The translations under genes and the position numbers were made by a program. Under the pieces are notes generated by a model. It did not search any database and was not told where the DNA came from. It was given only the letters and a program-made list of their open reading frames with translations. A stretch of 56,363 bases of DNA, the filler included, from Sluysia triapertura (taxonomy: Eukaryota), in assembly GCA_046118255.1 (NCBI GenBank). It is 4 parts of 4 records of this genome, joined end to end, with 100 filler letters (N's around TTAATTAATTAA, not from the genome) between each part and the next. Parts side by side here need not be neighbours in the genome. Positions count along the whole stretch, not along the records: positions 37,671 to 56,363 come from JBJNIA010129738.1; 3 more parts are not named here. One strand, written 5' to 3'. How positions within the stretch are numbered: position 1 is the first letter of the stretch; every line of letters begins with the position of its first letter. Positions 39,385 to 52,943 of the stretch are shown piece after piece.

Positions 39385-39963
39385 TTATATCAAAATCATT
39401 TCGTACTTTCTTTTTTGTCCATAAGCAATTGACTGAGAAATTCTTATATGTTCTTTGAATAACACATAATCTAAGTTATTGCGAATTTGTTGCACTTCCT
39501 TTGCATCCATTTTTGATGTTAATTTAACAAATTCCATTTGTATTTCGTTTTCAGACTTAAAGTTATTCAATTTGTCTTTATAAACTGGCTTCAATTTCCG
39601 TAATTTTGATGAAATGCATTGTTTACTTGAGTCATCGGTATAAGGATTATGGAAAATATTGTGTAAAAAATTAAAATACAAATCACTAAAATAATTTCCA
39701 CCATATTGCTTCCAACTGATATCAGGAAAAATATGGTATAAACTAAGCATGAATCTGTTTAATTCACTTGAACTATAAGTTCTAATCATAACATTAATAA
39801 TCTTTTTAAATTTAATAGTACGATTATATGCGCTACGAACGTTATCAATTTTCCAATTGTAATCAAAATTAAGTGACAATTTGTATACATTCATTGGATA
39901 ACATATCACTAAAAGAATATTCATCCCGGGGAATTTTATCTTCGTATTGATTAATGAATCCAA
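39385..39963 (-). CDS. Intronless 192-codon ORF of unknown function
   Basis: Long open frame for this base composition, protein-like residue usage, upstream TATA/Inr and shared leader. The first in-frame ATG is internal. No family recognised. Confidence 0.5.
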   Translation of the reverse strand: MDSLINTKIKFPGMNILLVICYPMNVYKLSLNFDYNWKIDNVRSAYNRTIKFKKIINVMIRTYSSSELNRFMLSLYHIFPDISWKQYGGNYFSDLYFNFLHNIFHNPYTDDSSKQCISSKLRKLKPVYKDKLNNFKSENEIQMEFVKLTSKMDAKEVQQIRNNLDYVLFKEHIRISQSIAYGQKRKYEMILI

Positions 39964-42399
39964 ACGACAAATCCAACTTCGTTACATTTAACCAATTAAT
40001 AATAATAATGATAATGATAATATCAGATATAAATTATGAATGTTTATACTTAACAATAATAGTAATAAAAATACTAATAATAAAAAAAGGAGTGATATAA
40101 TGTTGATACTGTTAGGAGGGGCGATGTCGGTGGATTGAAAGTAACATTGTACGATATTATTGTAATTTAGATGTATTATATCTTATTTAACTTACGCAAT
40201 ATTATATTTTATTTAATTTAGGGTGTATTAATGTACTGTGTTTAAAGTGTGTTACTTTTTCGGTGTTGTGTGTACGATGTGGCGAAAGTGTATTGCATAT
40301 TAGATATTAATGATTGGTGGGTAAGAGGTTGGTGAATGAGTTGACACTACACAACTTTTCATTTGTTTTTATATCAAATAATACAGAACTTTAAGTCCGA
40401 ACCTCATTTTAAATTAATGCTTTTCTAGCCTTATAATTTAACTAAAATAATCAAAATAATCACCTTACAGCCATTAAATTTTTTCTAAACGCAGAAAAGA
40501 ATATTTTTTGTATTATTTATCCAAATTAATCAAATTTAGTAATTCATCTGCATTGATTTAATTCATATCGAAAATAATGTGAGAAGTTAAAGAATTACTT
40601 GCATTAGTAGTATGAGGTATGTTTTCACTAAAAAATTTAAAAATTGATCCAGTTATAGATTGAGAATTAATAGAATTAGATGGAACAATACTGATTATTT
40701 CTGAATCAGAATCATCTAAAGTTTTCAATGAAAAACCACAAACGTATTGAATTATAAACACAAAAAACATATTTACTGTTAGATTTTAGACTTTCTGATA
40801 TTACTGGAATTATTGCTATTGTTTTGAGATTGTCATTACATTGACAGACTTGCTTTTTAAAAACTATCAAATATTTTAAATTTCGCACTCGTTATTTGAC
40901 TTATTATTATGCACGAATTCGATTGTAATCCACCTTTTATATTCTATCGAGCGTATTCTTTTTTTCGTTTTGAAATAGCATTGTAAAACAATATACGCGG
41001 CTAGTAGGATCGAACACACAAGAAGCACAAGGTTTAAAAAGAGGCTCTGCTTCGACAATTTTTCTAAAAAAATTGATACGTCTGCATAATAAATTATAGG
41101 CGAAATTAGAATTTCCGTCGTGCCGCTAAATTGGACGAAGGAGGCAATATCAACAAAAACAATTACGATTCATTTATAATATAATTTGTAGATTACTACG
41201 ATTTTATATATTAATATTCAGTTATTCTGAATTTTGTAAGTTGAGTGAAATGTGATGAAGTTATGAGATGGATGAAATGTTTATGAGGTTGATGGAGTTA
41301 TATTATTGTATTATGTTTAACAATAAAAATGAGGTGTACTATAAGAATAAAAGCATTGATAAAGTATTTTATGAGTTCAAAATGAAGTTTCGTGGATATA
41401 TGTAGTATTTATGATATAATGTAATCGTGGTAGATGGCTGGACCACGACAATTTCCTTTTCACTTATCGCGCTCCAAAGGGGAGCCGAAATGATACATTC
41501 TCAAATTAACACATTTAAAAGCACACACTACAGTAACATCATACACCTTACATTAAGATATAACATTTATAATTTTGATCCTTTTTCAGATTCTAGATAT
41601 TCTTTTTACATGACTAAATTTGAATTTCTACTGTCAGAATAACATAAATACTGAGTACAACAATGTTCGTTCAAATAATCAGTTACACTATTTATCTTAT
41701 TCACAATTTAAATATAAATTGTGAAATTGTAATTACTTATCACAATTGCTTTATTGTAACTATGTAATTTGAAGAAACTGTAATTAAAATAATTATCGCA
41801 AAAAATTGCAATTATTTATAATTGTTTATGTGAATAGAATTTGAAATAATTATTGAAAATTGAAAATAGCATTTCAGCTAAATAATCTAACTAATTTCGT
41901 TAATTGTCTTAGTAAAAATAGTACGAATAGAGGTGAATCGATACATGACTACAACTATAAAGAATAAATTACGACAAGCAGACATAAAAGGCTATCAAAT
42001 ACTTGTTAATTCTAATATAATTTTGGTGGATTAAACAGAGTTTTTTGACTAACAAATCCGTTCTCAGCCAATAGTGATCTCTGACTCTTTCAACTTTATT
42101 GTAAATTACTTGAGCTTATTGTTAAACTTTTTCCATTTTTTAAAGAAAGAGTTAAATTCAGACTCAAAATCGTTTCACTTTCCCAAGCTATTTTAAAGAT
42201 AGCTTTAAATTTTGTTTATTCAAATATTAAAAGCAATCTTAATATTTACATAAATTATTTTTTATATTTTATTTTCAGTGTTATTAGATGGTATTGTTAT
42301 CAAATTTTTTAATAAATTCCTATTTTAACAAGAAATTATAGTTAAGAACGTATGCTGTAGACGATTTTCGTCATAAAGTTTTAATCAACAATTAATTAT

Positions 42400-42468
42400 T
42401 TAAAATCCTACAAACTCGTCACTTATTAGGAAGTATAAATCGATATCTATAGGCGAACCTACCTTCAG
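42400..42468 (-). repeat. Terminus-like module, reverse orientation
   Basis: Reverse complement reads CTGA-AGGTAGGTTCGCCTA...TAGGATTTTAAA with 48-nt spacing. Confidence 0.7.
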
Positions 42469-44350
42469 AAATTATTTTGCAAGACAACATAAGAAGATTA
42501 AATAACTTATTAGATATTTTTTATAATTTATTAGATAATTTTATAAATTGAGCGATTTAAGCGAGCTACATGTAACATTTTAAAGAAAAACACTTGTAGA
42601 TTTTACGTAAAACGATTTAGGTTAATGTAAGTAGGAATAAGTTGAGTACATTAAATAAAAATGAAATAAATAGTACGTAATAGTAAGTAAATCACAAAAA
42701 CACAAATATCAATATTTTATAAAATCTTATACAATTTAATTTAAAATCGTCCATTGTGTAATAAATAATATCGCCAAGTGTAAACTCTACGAAACATTTG
42801 ATTTTGAAAGGTGAGAGAGCAAGAACACAACAAGACATTAACGGGAACCAAAGTGAATCACAAGGTATATTTGGGAAAACGAAAACCCCGCGAGATTGAT
42901 AATCATTATCAACACTAATACAGAGAGATTTCAAGCAGATTAATGTTTAATCCAACACATGAATTATGATTTTGAAATAACCACAAACGGCACCCTAAAA
43001 CCCGAAGGAGTCAGTAGTTCTGACAGGTCTGCATAATTCACAAATAGGATATTATGATCACATTTGACAATAACGCGTTTGATGACTTGCTAACATGCAA
43101 TAATAATGTTCTGGAAATATGTTCATTTTTGATTCATTTTAATTATCATATTTTTAACAATATGAATAAAAAAACAAATCCATTAATTACATACTTTTTG
43201 GATTTTATAATTTAATAAATACTAATAAACTTATAAGTATTTATGAAAGACATAAGTGAATATAATAAATTCTTTTAGATTTTATCTTTAAATATGGTTT
43301 TTCCGGTAAAGCTTTCAATAATTGATTAATCATTTACTGAAAAAATGATCTAAAATTAATATTAAATTTCTTCATGGCTTTAACATTTATTAATGTATTT
43401 TCAGTATTTATAAATAATTTTATTTGTTGCTAAAATTTCTGATACTTGCTTTCGTTTAATAATCAAGCATATCTCTCTACACCATTCTTCTTTAATTTCA
43501 GGAAAATAATTAATCTGTTGCTCAAGGAACTCATATGATTCAAAATATCACCGATATTTTCAAAATTTAACTTCATTGATTGATAATTTTTAATATTGTC
43601 AATTGACAAAGCACATTTTTAGCATAGAGTTTATTATTTAAGCATAATAAAAATTTATTAATACTATTTTTTCATTTCAACATCTATAAGAATCATATCG
43701 AAATAAAGACGATTCTTTAAAGTCTTCAAGAAAACCTTTTTTTTCTATTATAAATCTAATAATAAACTGTACAATAAAATTTTTACCTAATAAAACAAAT
43801 ATTAATATTTTAAGGTTAATGTATTATTGAATAAATGGAAAATGAAGTGTGAAAATGAATGGAATATTAATAAATGCATTAAAAATAAATAAATAATAAA
43901 TTAATGAAATGTTTTATATAAACGGAAATGCATTAAATAATAAAAATACTAATCCAAATTGTAAAAATATTAATGCATTAACGGAATAATAAACTAAATT
44001 GTATAACATAAAATTTTAATGAAATGTATCATAAATACGAATAATAGATTAATGGAAAATCACACGAGTATATAAAAGTCCAAAAAAGCAGAAAACGCAC
44101 AAAAAAGCTAACAATTAACGCGTTTGATCCAAAATATCATTTTTTATTGATTTATTTTGGGATAAGTATTCTACAAAAAAACACCTGCGTTTACGGGATC
44201 GGCCCAAGTGTTTGGAGGAGCTGTATTCGAATTAATTTTTAATCCATTATTCCTAAGTTTTAATTTATAAGTTTCCCCGTTATTTAAAGTAAGGGTTAAA
44301 ATCCAGAATAAAATCTTGAATTTGTTATTCAATAGTTTAACCCTAAATTC

Positions 44351-44351
<1 letters not shown>

Positions 44352-44420
<69 letters not shown>
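44352..44420 (+). repeat. (AAT)n microsatellite; similar tracts at about 3771-3813 and 25996-26044, and (TA)n at about 36190-36226
   Basis: Direct reading of the sequence. Confidence 0.95.
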
Positions 44421-44421
<1 letters not shown>

Positions 44422-45977
44422 TTGGAAGTTTTTTAAAAAAAGTTATAGAAAGTGGGTAAATAAGAAATTGAGAATGTTTATTTGGTACGGAAATAAAAGA
44501 AGTTTCACAGTACTTGCAATATCTAAAATTAATTTTATGTTGAATTATAAGCTTTAAAAATATTATTTATATTTCAAAATTCGATATATATTTTCTTAAA
44601 ATGATAATCATTAAATACACTAATAAAGTGCAACAGATGATGAAATTGTAATTAATACATTTAATTCATTTCTTACGAAAACAATTTAGTCTTATTTTGT
44701 GTTTGGAATTTTTATTGGAATATAAACAAAAAAGACACTCAATGTCAAATCTAAAACTTGATCAACTAACTTCACAAATTTAAAAAGGTTGTTTTTAAAT
44801 TCATGTTTCTTCATGATTCGTAATTCTATTTATAACTATTGATTTTTGTGTAAGTTGTGTTTCATACAATTTGTAATTATTGATTTATCTATAATTTGTG
44901 CAGTGATGTTATTTAAACTGAAACAAATTTTTATTATTTGGATATTAATTAAATTTTTCTGTGGAAATTTGAAATTAATATTATGTAAGTGTTTTATTTT
45001 CATTAAATTAAAATCATTCTTGCTTAAATAAAGTCATTAATTTTGTTTAAAGTAATTTTAAGGCCATTTGTAAAACATATATAAATATAGCAATAATAAT
45101 AAGTAAAACATAACTTTTCTTTTAACGTTGTTAATTCAACAGTTCCACAGCTTGACAATCAGCTTTCACGTATTCTGTAACTTAAACAACTTGACGATAG
45201 TTCATCAATAATCCATCTACGATTGAGATTAGCTTTCACGAATTTTGTAACAAATCGTTTGATTTTGATAAGAATTATACTTTTTAAGCATATCGTAAAA
45301 TCCAGTAAAAAATCTCATTGAAATTTTGGAACTATTTCAAAGTTCCATCGTAAAATATTATTTAAAATATAAATGTGTAGTATTAACTTCATAGTTAATA
45401 AGGTAAATTATCATTTATATTTTTTATTATTTTGTATTGCTTTATTAATTAACCATACTTATATAAAATTTGTACTATGATTATCTGAATTAATGCAAGA
45501 CCTCGTATAATTTAAAAACTCGAGTTCTAAATGTTTTAAACAAATCATTAAAAAACAACTCGTTTCAGAATCAGATCGGCGATCAGATATCATATTTATC
45601 AAACACCTTGAAATATTGACTAACATGAGTGAGAATTTCTCGTAAATAACATTTTCGAATTAAAGACGTTTTTCACTAGGATCAATTGTACTTGAGTTAC
45701 CATAAACAATTTCATTAACATACTGAGTAACTTCTTTCAAACAATCAAATTCCTCTTTACTAAAATTAAGAACTATTTTGGTGCAGTGAATGTATGGCGC
45801 CTTTGTATTAAGTGCGAACGTTCGTCGGTATACAACGTAATAGTACAAATTCTATCTTTTCGGTTTTCCGCGAATTTCGTATAGTTTTTGAAGTTTCTTC
45901 TTAACTTTCTGTATTACTACCATTTTGTTGTTTCATCTTAAATTATTTGGAATTCCAACGACTCTAACGTTTTAAAT

Positions 45978-46301
45978 AATTTCGATAATTCGTATTTGAT
46001 TGTCTCGTAAACAAAGCTGTTCCAAAGCATCTGGTAGATATTTCGGAATTTGATCGAAATTATTTCCATTTGAGTAAAACTCACTTAATTCACATAATAA
46101 CTAAATCGAATATTAGTTTGAAGTTATTTGAAATTATTCATTCGTAATATTCTTATTCGATTTAAACCTACAAATGATCATTAATTGTTTTCAATTACCT
46201 AATTATGTTTTACTATTATCTAATTGTTTCAATATGGATTCCATTAATGGTTCGAAAAATCTTTTCGAAATTTTCATCAAACCAACATGAAATAGTCTGA
46301 T
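45978..46301 (-). pseudogene. Leucine-rich-repeat protein pseudogene fragment
   Basis: RLFHVGLMKISKRFFEPL..LKQLDNS, VGLNRIRILRMNN and ELSEFYSNGNNFDQIPKYLPDALEQLCLRDNQIRII fit LxxLxLxxNxI/L repeats. Frameshifted. Confidence 0.75.
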
Positions 46302-48898
46302 ATGTGAGGTATGTAATATTACTAAGTATAAAATGTTTATGCGTAAAATCATGTAATAAAATCAACGGTATGGGTCCGAAACCATTACAAAAAGTATCGT
46401 CAACTTATTTCTTTATTTTCTGATCTCTGTGTTCGGACCTTTTCGTAATTTAATTTTTATTTTTGATTATATTCGTCAGAGGAATTAAACTTTTCTTCTT
46501 AAAACTCAATCAGTTTCCACTACATCTTTTTGATGAAATAAAATTTAACTTGACCACAAAATCATGAATCGGCTTCATGTCTTTATGTAGACTGTTTAAA
46601 TTTAATTCAACATTAACAACATTTTTTAATTTCTCCTTGAGATTGAAAACGAAACTTAAGGTCCATTTTTAAATGTATAATTATTGTTGTAGCCTCAAAG
46701 TGATTACAAAATTTAAAAATCGAGGACGTATTAATAATATAAAAAAGACAATGTTCAAATATGCTACATGAATTACAGAAATAACCTATGAATTTGATTT
46801 TTAAACTGAAGCATACTTTTGCAACACTTCCGAAAACCTTGATGTGATTTGTCTTTACCATCATGATCGAACAATAATTATTGTTTGATTGGTCTACATC
46901 GTTAACATTACTTACATGATCAACACAACAAAATAAATGAAACTGATTACTAAGGCCTAATGCATCTGCAGATAAGTAAAAGTAAACATCTATATAGTCT
47001 AAAATTTTCAAATTTACCGCTGTTAACTCCACTATTTCTGATTTTAAATTCTTGATTTAAGCATGAATTCATGTGCTAGTTTCTTCTAGGTCGAGTTTTA
47101 TAAATTCATTTTCATTTATGAATGATTCATAAATTGAATAGAAAAATAATTATTAATATACGAATTTTGAAAATCAATTTCATTTAAGAAATAAAAATAA
47201 AATAAGATGTAATTTAAATATTTTATAAAAAACACTAGAATAACCCATTAAATATTGTATTTTGTATGAGTGTTAGTGTTCATATAAAGAAACAGCACAG
47301 TTAACGTCTTATAAATTTAGAAGTCTATAACGATTTACTAATAAATTGTTATGGAATAAAAGCCATTGATAAACAAAAAAGAAACTAAAGTTTGATAAAT
47401 CCGTTTTAATTTAAAGTATTTAGTAATAAGGATTTTTAACACATGTATTAGAGTATTGAGACGAATCTGTTAGACACAGTTTTGTTGGTGAATATAGATT
47501 TTATTTCGAGATATTTGAAATCCAGCAAAAGTATTAAAATCAAGTATGTATAAAATTTGTAAAATAGTTACATATAGTCAGATTATATTGATTAATACAT
47601 GTACAAATTTTTTATTTTTTTGTCTCTGTACTTCACTGTACTGTAGCTTAGAGAAAAGAACACATTGACGTTATGTTTACGAATCATTGATTATTGACAA
47701 AGAAATTAAAAATAAAAGTTCATTTGAAATAAAAAAATAATATAATGCTATTAAATATAAAAATTATGTAAAAAAGTAGAAAAGAAAATAAAAATTAGCT
47801 AAATGACAATAATTATTATAAATGTCAGAATATAAAAGAGTTAAACTTTTATTTCAGAATTTTAATAATTTCAATTAAAAGTAAATGAATAATATTTGAA
47901 AAAATGATTTCAAAATTTTAAAAAAAAATTATCAAAAAACAAATTTTAATTTTTAATTAAGTTATTTTCATAATCAATCCTTATATGTATTTAGTGATTA
48001 AAAAAGTATAAAGAGGTTAACACACAAGAAAACGTACGACTTAGCAATTTAAAAAATTCTACAGGTGCACGAATTTAAAGCTGTGCGTACAGTTCATCAA
48101 CAATTTTTAAAATTGTGATGACTAATGGTAACTAACACCATATTAAAGCAACAATATATATAAAATATAAAAGTAAAAAAAACATAAGTAAAATTTTTAA
48201 GAATAATTAATTATCAAGATTTAGAATTCAACATTTTCATTTCTTTTCCACATTAATAACAAAAAGACAAAGTTCTATTACAGAAATATTACAATGAATA
48301 ATTTTTTAAAGAGCTGTTTGGTTATTACACAGTAGATATTAACTATTATATTATTAAATTATATATCAATTATTATATTAATAAATTTTTGTGTAATGGT
48401 GTGACATCACACATACACTACTTCGAAAAGTATATAAAGGCTGATTCAACTCAGCATCATTTTGTACATAGAAGCACAAAAATAGACAACACAGAAATAG
48501 TTGAAAATTTAAATTTTTGGTAATACTCACCAGTTTATTCTTAATTTTATTACTCAATTTTATTTCAAAACATTGATTCACAATTTTTGTTTTGGAAAAG
48601 AAAGAACTCATTTCTGGGAGATAATTCCGAATTAGTTCCAATTATTAATTCAAAATCCATTGTGAAGATTTCTTGATTTTTACTAATCACAAAAGATTTT
48701 CGTTAGTTTCATTACTTATAAGTTAAGTTTAAAACTTAATATTTAAATTATATTAATTGAATTAAATATCATTTTAATTACATTAAACATGAGGCACCTC
48801 ATTATTTGTATCCAGCAAAACTAATATAAAATCAGTTTGTTTCGAAATAGGTTGTCACAAAAGTGAATTTGATCTGATATCAATATTAAAATACTAAC

Positions 48899-49504
48899 AT
48901 CATAATGAGTCCAAAGGCGGCAATTTTTTGATGATATGCGAAAAACAGATGAAAAGTACAAATCAGATTCATAAACAGGTGGTATTCGTAGATCCTGAGC
49001 CAAATCCGGATATTGTTCATGGAAATGTGTAACATCTTTTCGTACATCGTTTCCAAGGGTTCTTAGGTAATACCACTTTTTCTAAAATATTAATAAAATT
49101 TACTGATGACATATTTAATTATAAATGTTACAAAGGCAAAATAATTTACTTCATTATTATCCATCTCTGACGACTTTTCAATAAAGTCCCTAAGTGACAT
49201 TAAACTACCAAAACAAAATAAAAACAAATTATTTACCAATACTGAAAATTTTTTGTTTTGAAATCTAAATTATGACAATTTGCTACATGAACTGAAACCA
49301 ATTTGTCTCCATTATTAGCCCATAAAACCTGGTTATCGAGCCACTTCTCCCTACAAGTGCCAATATCCAAATTTCGAAAAATAATAGGACACTTCTAACT
49401 ATCATTAATTAAATTTAATAAGATACTCCAGTAATATTATCTTTTGCCAGTTTAATGGCCTCATCGTATTCTAGATTTTCCAAATTAATTATTTCAATAC
49501 TCAT
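48899..49504 (-). CDS. TYW5: tRNA wybutosine-synthesizing protein 5 (JmjC hydroxylase), exons 1-4: 49504-49427, 49394-49237, 49204-49150, 49081-48899
   Basis: Spliced product MSIEII..KCPIIFRNLDIGTCREKW..VSVHVA..LDFKTKNFQY..YYLRTLGNDVRKDV..YFSSVFRISSKNCRLWTHYD matches TYW5 motifs. All introns are GT-AG and phase-compatible. The 3' exons were not found. Confidence 0.95.
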
Positions 49505-49681
49505 AAGTAACTTTTATAACTTAACCAAAATTATGTAATATCCAATCAAATTTAAAATACGAAATTGAAAAATGTGCATGTTTTATATGGATATTATTTA
49601 AACAAATAATACGGTTTTGTCTTTAAATGAGATATTAATGCCAAATATAGGTTTTCCATATTGCATTAAAAATTTAAAAGG

Positions 49682-49853
49682 NNNNNNNNNNNNNNNNNNN
49701 NNNNNNNNNNNNNNNNNNNNNNNNNNNNNNNNNNNNNNNNNNNNNNNNNNNNNNNNNNNNNNNNNNNNNNNNNNNNNNNNNNNNNNNNNNNNNNNNNNNN
49801 NNNNNNNNNNNNNNNNNNNNNNNNNNNNNNNNNNNNNNNNNNNNNNNNNNNNN
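49682..49853. other. Assembly gap without linker
   Basis: Run of Ns. Confidence 0.98.
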
Positions 49854-51718
49854 CAAAAATAATATGAACTTTCGAAAAAAGATAATAATTTTCAAAAATG
49901 AAAATATATTTTCTAAAAAACGAAATCCAAATTCGAGAACATTCTAGAATTTTCGATAAATTTCATTGATTCGTATATAATTTGGTATAGATTTAATAAC
50001 ACAGTTTTAATTTGAATAAATGATTTTCAGAAGGATTACGGGAATTAAGTGTAACATCCATATTTAGTTTTCCATCCGAATTTAGTAAGTTATTTTCGGT
50101 TAAAGTTGTTAAAACTTTAAGCTGCACTAAAAATCAATTTTAATTAAACCGTTTAATTCTTTTTAGTGGTTCAACATTTTACTTAAAATTTTGTCAACAA
50201 TTACAATAACATAACTTCACTCTTTACACAACACAAACCAAGTAAATAAGACTTAAATAGCTCAATATATAAAATCGTTAGACTCTAAAATAACCTCCTA
50301 AAAGTATAAAATAACATGATAATGAAATTTCTCTAAAAGTAAACCGATTTGATTAAATGTTAAGTAATAATGCTTCAAGTCTTTCTCTGAATCATCAAGA
50401 TTTTCCTAAAAATACATTTTGACAAGCAGTTCAGTTCCTAATAATAACCGAACCGGATCTACGTGAAAACAGGACCAATCCTTAATCACCTTCAGTAGTT
50501 TCTACAAGTACTTCCATTCAATCATTCAGTGATTCTTGAAACAATTCTGAACTTTGCACTACTTATAACAGTCTCGGAGGGCGTCCCTTTACCCTCCGTT
50601 AAGCACGTAACTGTTTATGTAACAAGTAAATGTAACAACACATGGGACCATTCCAGTTCGATATTTGAAACTAAAAGCAACATAAATACTAGTACTAATC
50701 ACCTATTATCTGATCCTACAAATTCACATCCATCAACGAACAGTGTTAAATCATTCCAAACTTAGGTCAGCATACTTCACACAAAATCACATTCCATAAC
50801 TTTTTACCCACTAGAACCATTCTCATTTTAATACATGTTGTATTACAAATTTATTATATCAAAATCACTTCTACATTCAAAGCCATCATTACACATTAAA
50901 TTTTATTCAATACATTTTTCAACATCCAAACCTTTTTTCCACTCAGAAACATTGCAGTATACCTAAAGATTCTTTTAAGACATTCATCCTTTATTTTATA
51001 AAATTGGAATTGTAATTACACCTTAAAAATTTTATTTAAAATGTTAAAGCTTTGTTTAAAAAACATCCGCCCTTAAGACTTCTAAAGATATTTATAATAA
51101 TTAAAGAAATTATATGTTCAGAAATAAAGATGAAATAAAAGAAAGTTTATGTTCGAAATAAATGATTTATGTTTTTTTTCGAATCATTTTATTGTTATTA
51201 TTATTTTATTTTATTCTTATTTGATTTGATTATCGTTACCATCATTATTATTTGAAGTTATAAATTTTACAAACAATTTTAATTTCATCGTAACTGCCAA
51301 CAATTGACAGTTTTAATTAATTATGGCTGTATCAACCTAATTTACTGTCAATTGTTGACAATACACATACAGACACCTTGTTCAACTTTTCAATGGATTG
51401 CTGTACTGACGATCAAGTGGCTAAATGTTAATTATTGGACACACACGTTCACCAATTCATCGTGTGTATTTGATGATATATGCAATCAATTTAAAGTTAC
51501 TAAATAAGATCATATAAACTTATAATTGGTGGACAGTGAAAAACACAAACACACAAAATAGTACAATCTCAAAAAGAACAAATCAGAAAAATATAATTTT
51601 TGTTGAATTTTATTAGAAACAATTTCTAGTCTTAAAAAAATTATCAAAGTAATTAGTTGATGTCTGATGAACCAAAAATGGATAATAAATTCTTTATGAA
51701 GAACTACAAACTACAAAT

Positions 51719-52943
51719 ATGGAAATAATGTTAAATAAAGTTATAGAAGAATTGGCAAATAAAATTAATGTTTCTTTTACTATCGTTAAAATTTTATTTA
51801 TATCATATAATCAATCATTAGATAAAATTTGTCTAGGCATAACATTTTGATCAGAACTCATCTGTTACCTAATTATATCGTCTCTTTTTGCATGTCGAAA
51901 AATTCAAAATAATGTACAAGGTCTTACCTATTCGTCATATTTGATTAAGATCCACAATATTTTGGAAGTTTTGCCTACGAACAATGTGGATAATTCAAAA
52001 TATTTTAAAAAGAATCAATTGCAACGACATGTCATTTCAAGTTTGATTTTCCCCAAAGATGCCATTAGTCTATTCGAAGCCTGTTGTGGAAAAACCGCCA
52101 CTTACAATGTTAAAATTGTGCATCATGTTTTGTGTAACAATCAATCTCTGATATTTATAAAGATTTTCATTACTACAATTGATTCGAAAAAGAAAGAATG
52201 TGGCAAATTACTCAAGAAAAATTTAGATATGACTGTTCGAATTACTGAACTTGGAGATTTTTATGTCGACACGGCTGCAGCTATTCCTAGTCGAAATTTG
52301 ATGATGCCATTTAGACAAATATTTTTTATATTCAGCTTTTAGCATTAAATCAAGCAGATAAAACGAAAAGTTTTCATACAATTGGAAATTTCAATAAAGT
52401 CGTACTAATTCTATAATCCGAATCAAGCAGTAGTGATAAAAACAAGTATAAAAAGAATTTTAAAAAGGCACAAATATTGCACTTTACTGAATCAAGATAG
52501 ACACCAGATGCAAATAATGTGTTTACAAATTTAAAATTTTATCAATCAAAAACCAGTGATTTCCATCATCATAGAAATGACTTCAGTTCATCAAGTTTTA
52601 ATACATGTTATAAAACGTCTCTTTGCCCTTATGCAACGAACCAGGATGGGAAATGAACAAGATTTGGCTCAAATATCTCCAAGCAGTTAATGAATTAGAA
52701 GAGCGTAATGTCGACCCTGCAGTCCGATCAGAACACTACAGTAGATTAGCTCATTTATTCGCAGATATCGGTATTAAAGCTACGAAGACTTCTGACAACA
52801 TTCCTAAAATTCGACGACCAGGCATAAATTTTCTCAGTAACAATGAAGTAATCATTTCTTATAATTACATTGAAGATATTTTAGTTAGATTTTTATATTT
52901 AGACAGTGAAACATGTTCTTTAGACAATAATGTGCAAAAATGA
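51719..52943 (+). pseudogene. Long decayed intronless ORF of unknown family
   Basis: About 1.2 kb of near-continuous coding-like sequence (ORF-track pieces 51941-52342 and 52623-52943 plus linking frames) with scattered stops and frameshifts. Confidence 0.55.

Noticed and set aside
49617-49895. ORFs spanning the N gap
   Set aside because: Open only because of the Ns.
51850-51925. LIISSLFACRK resembling the Rb/p107 or cyclin-fold ALYVACRK motif
   Set aside because: Single short motif; the rest of the ORF gives no support.
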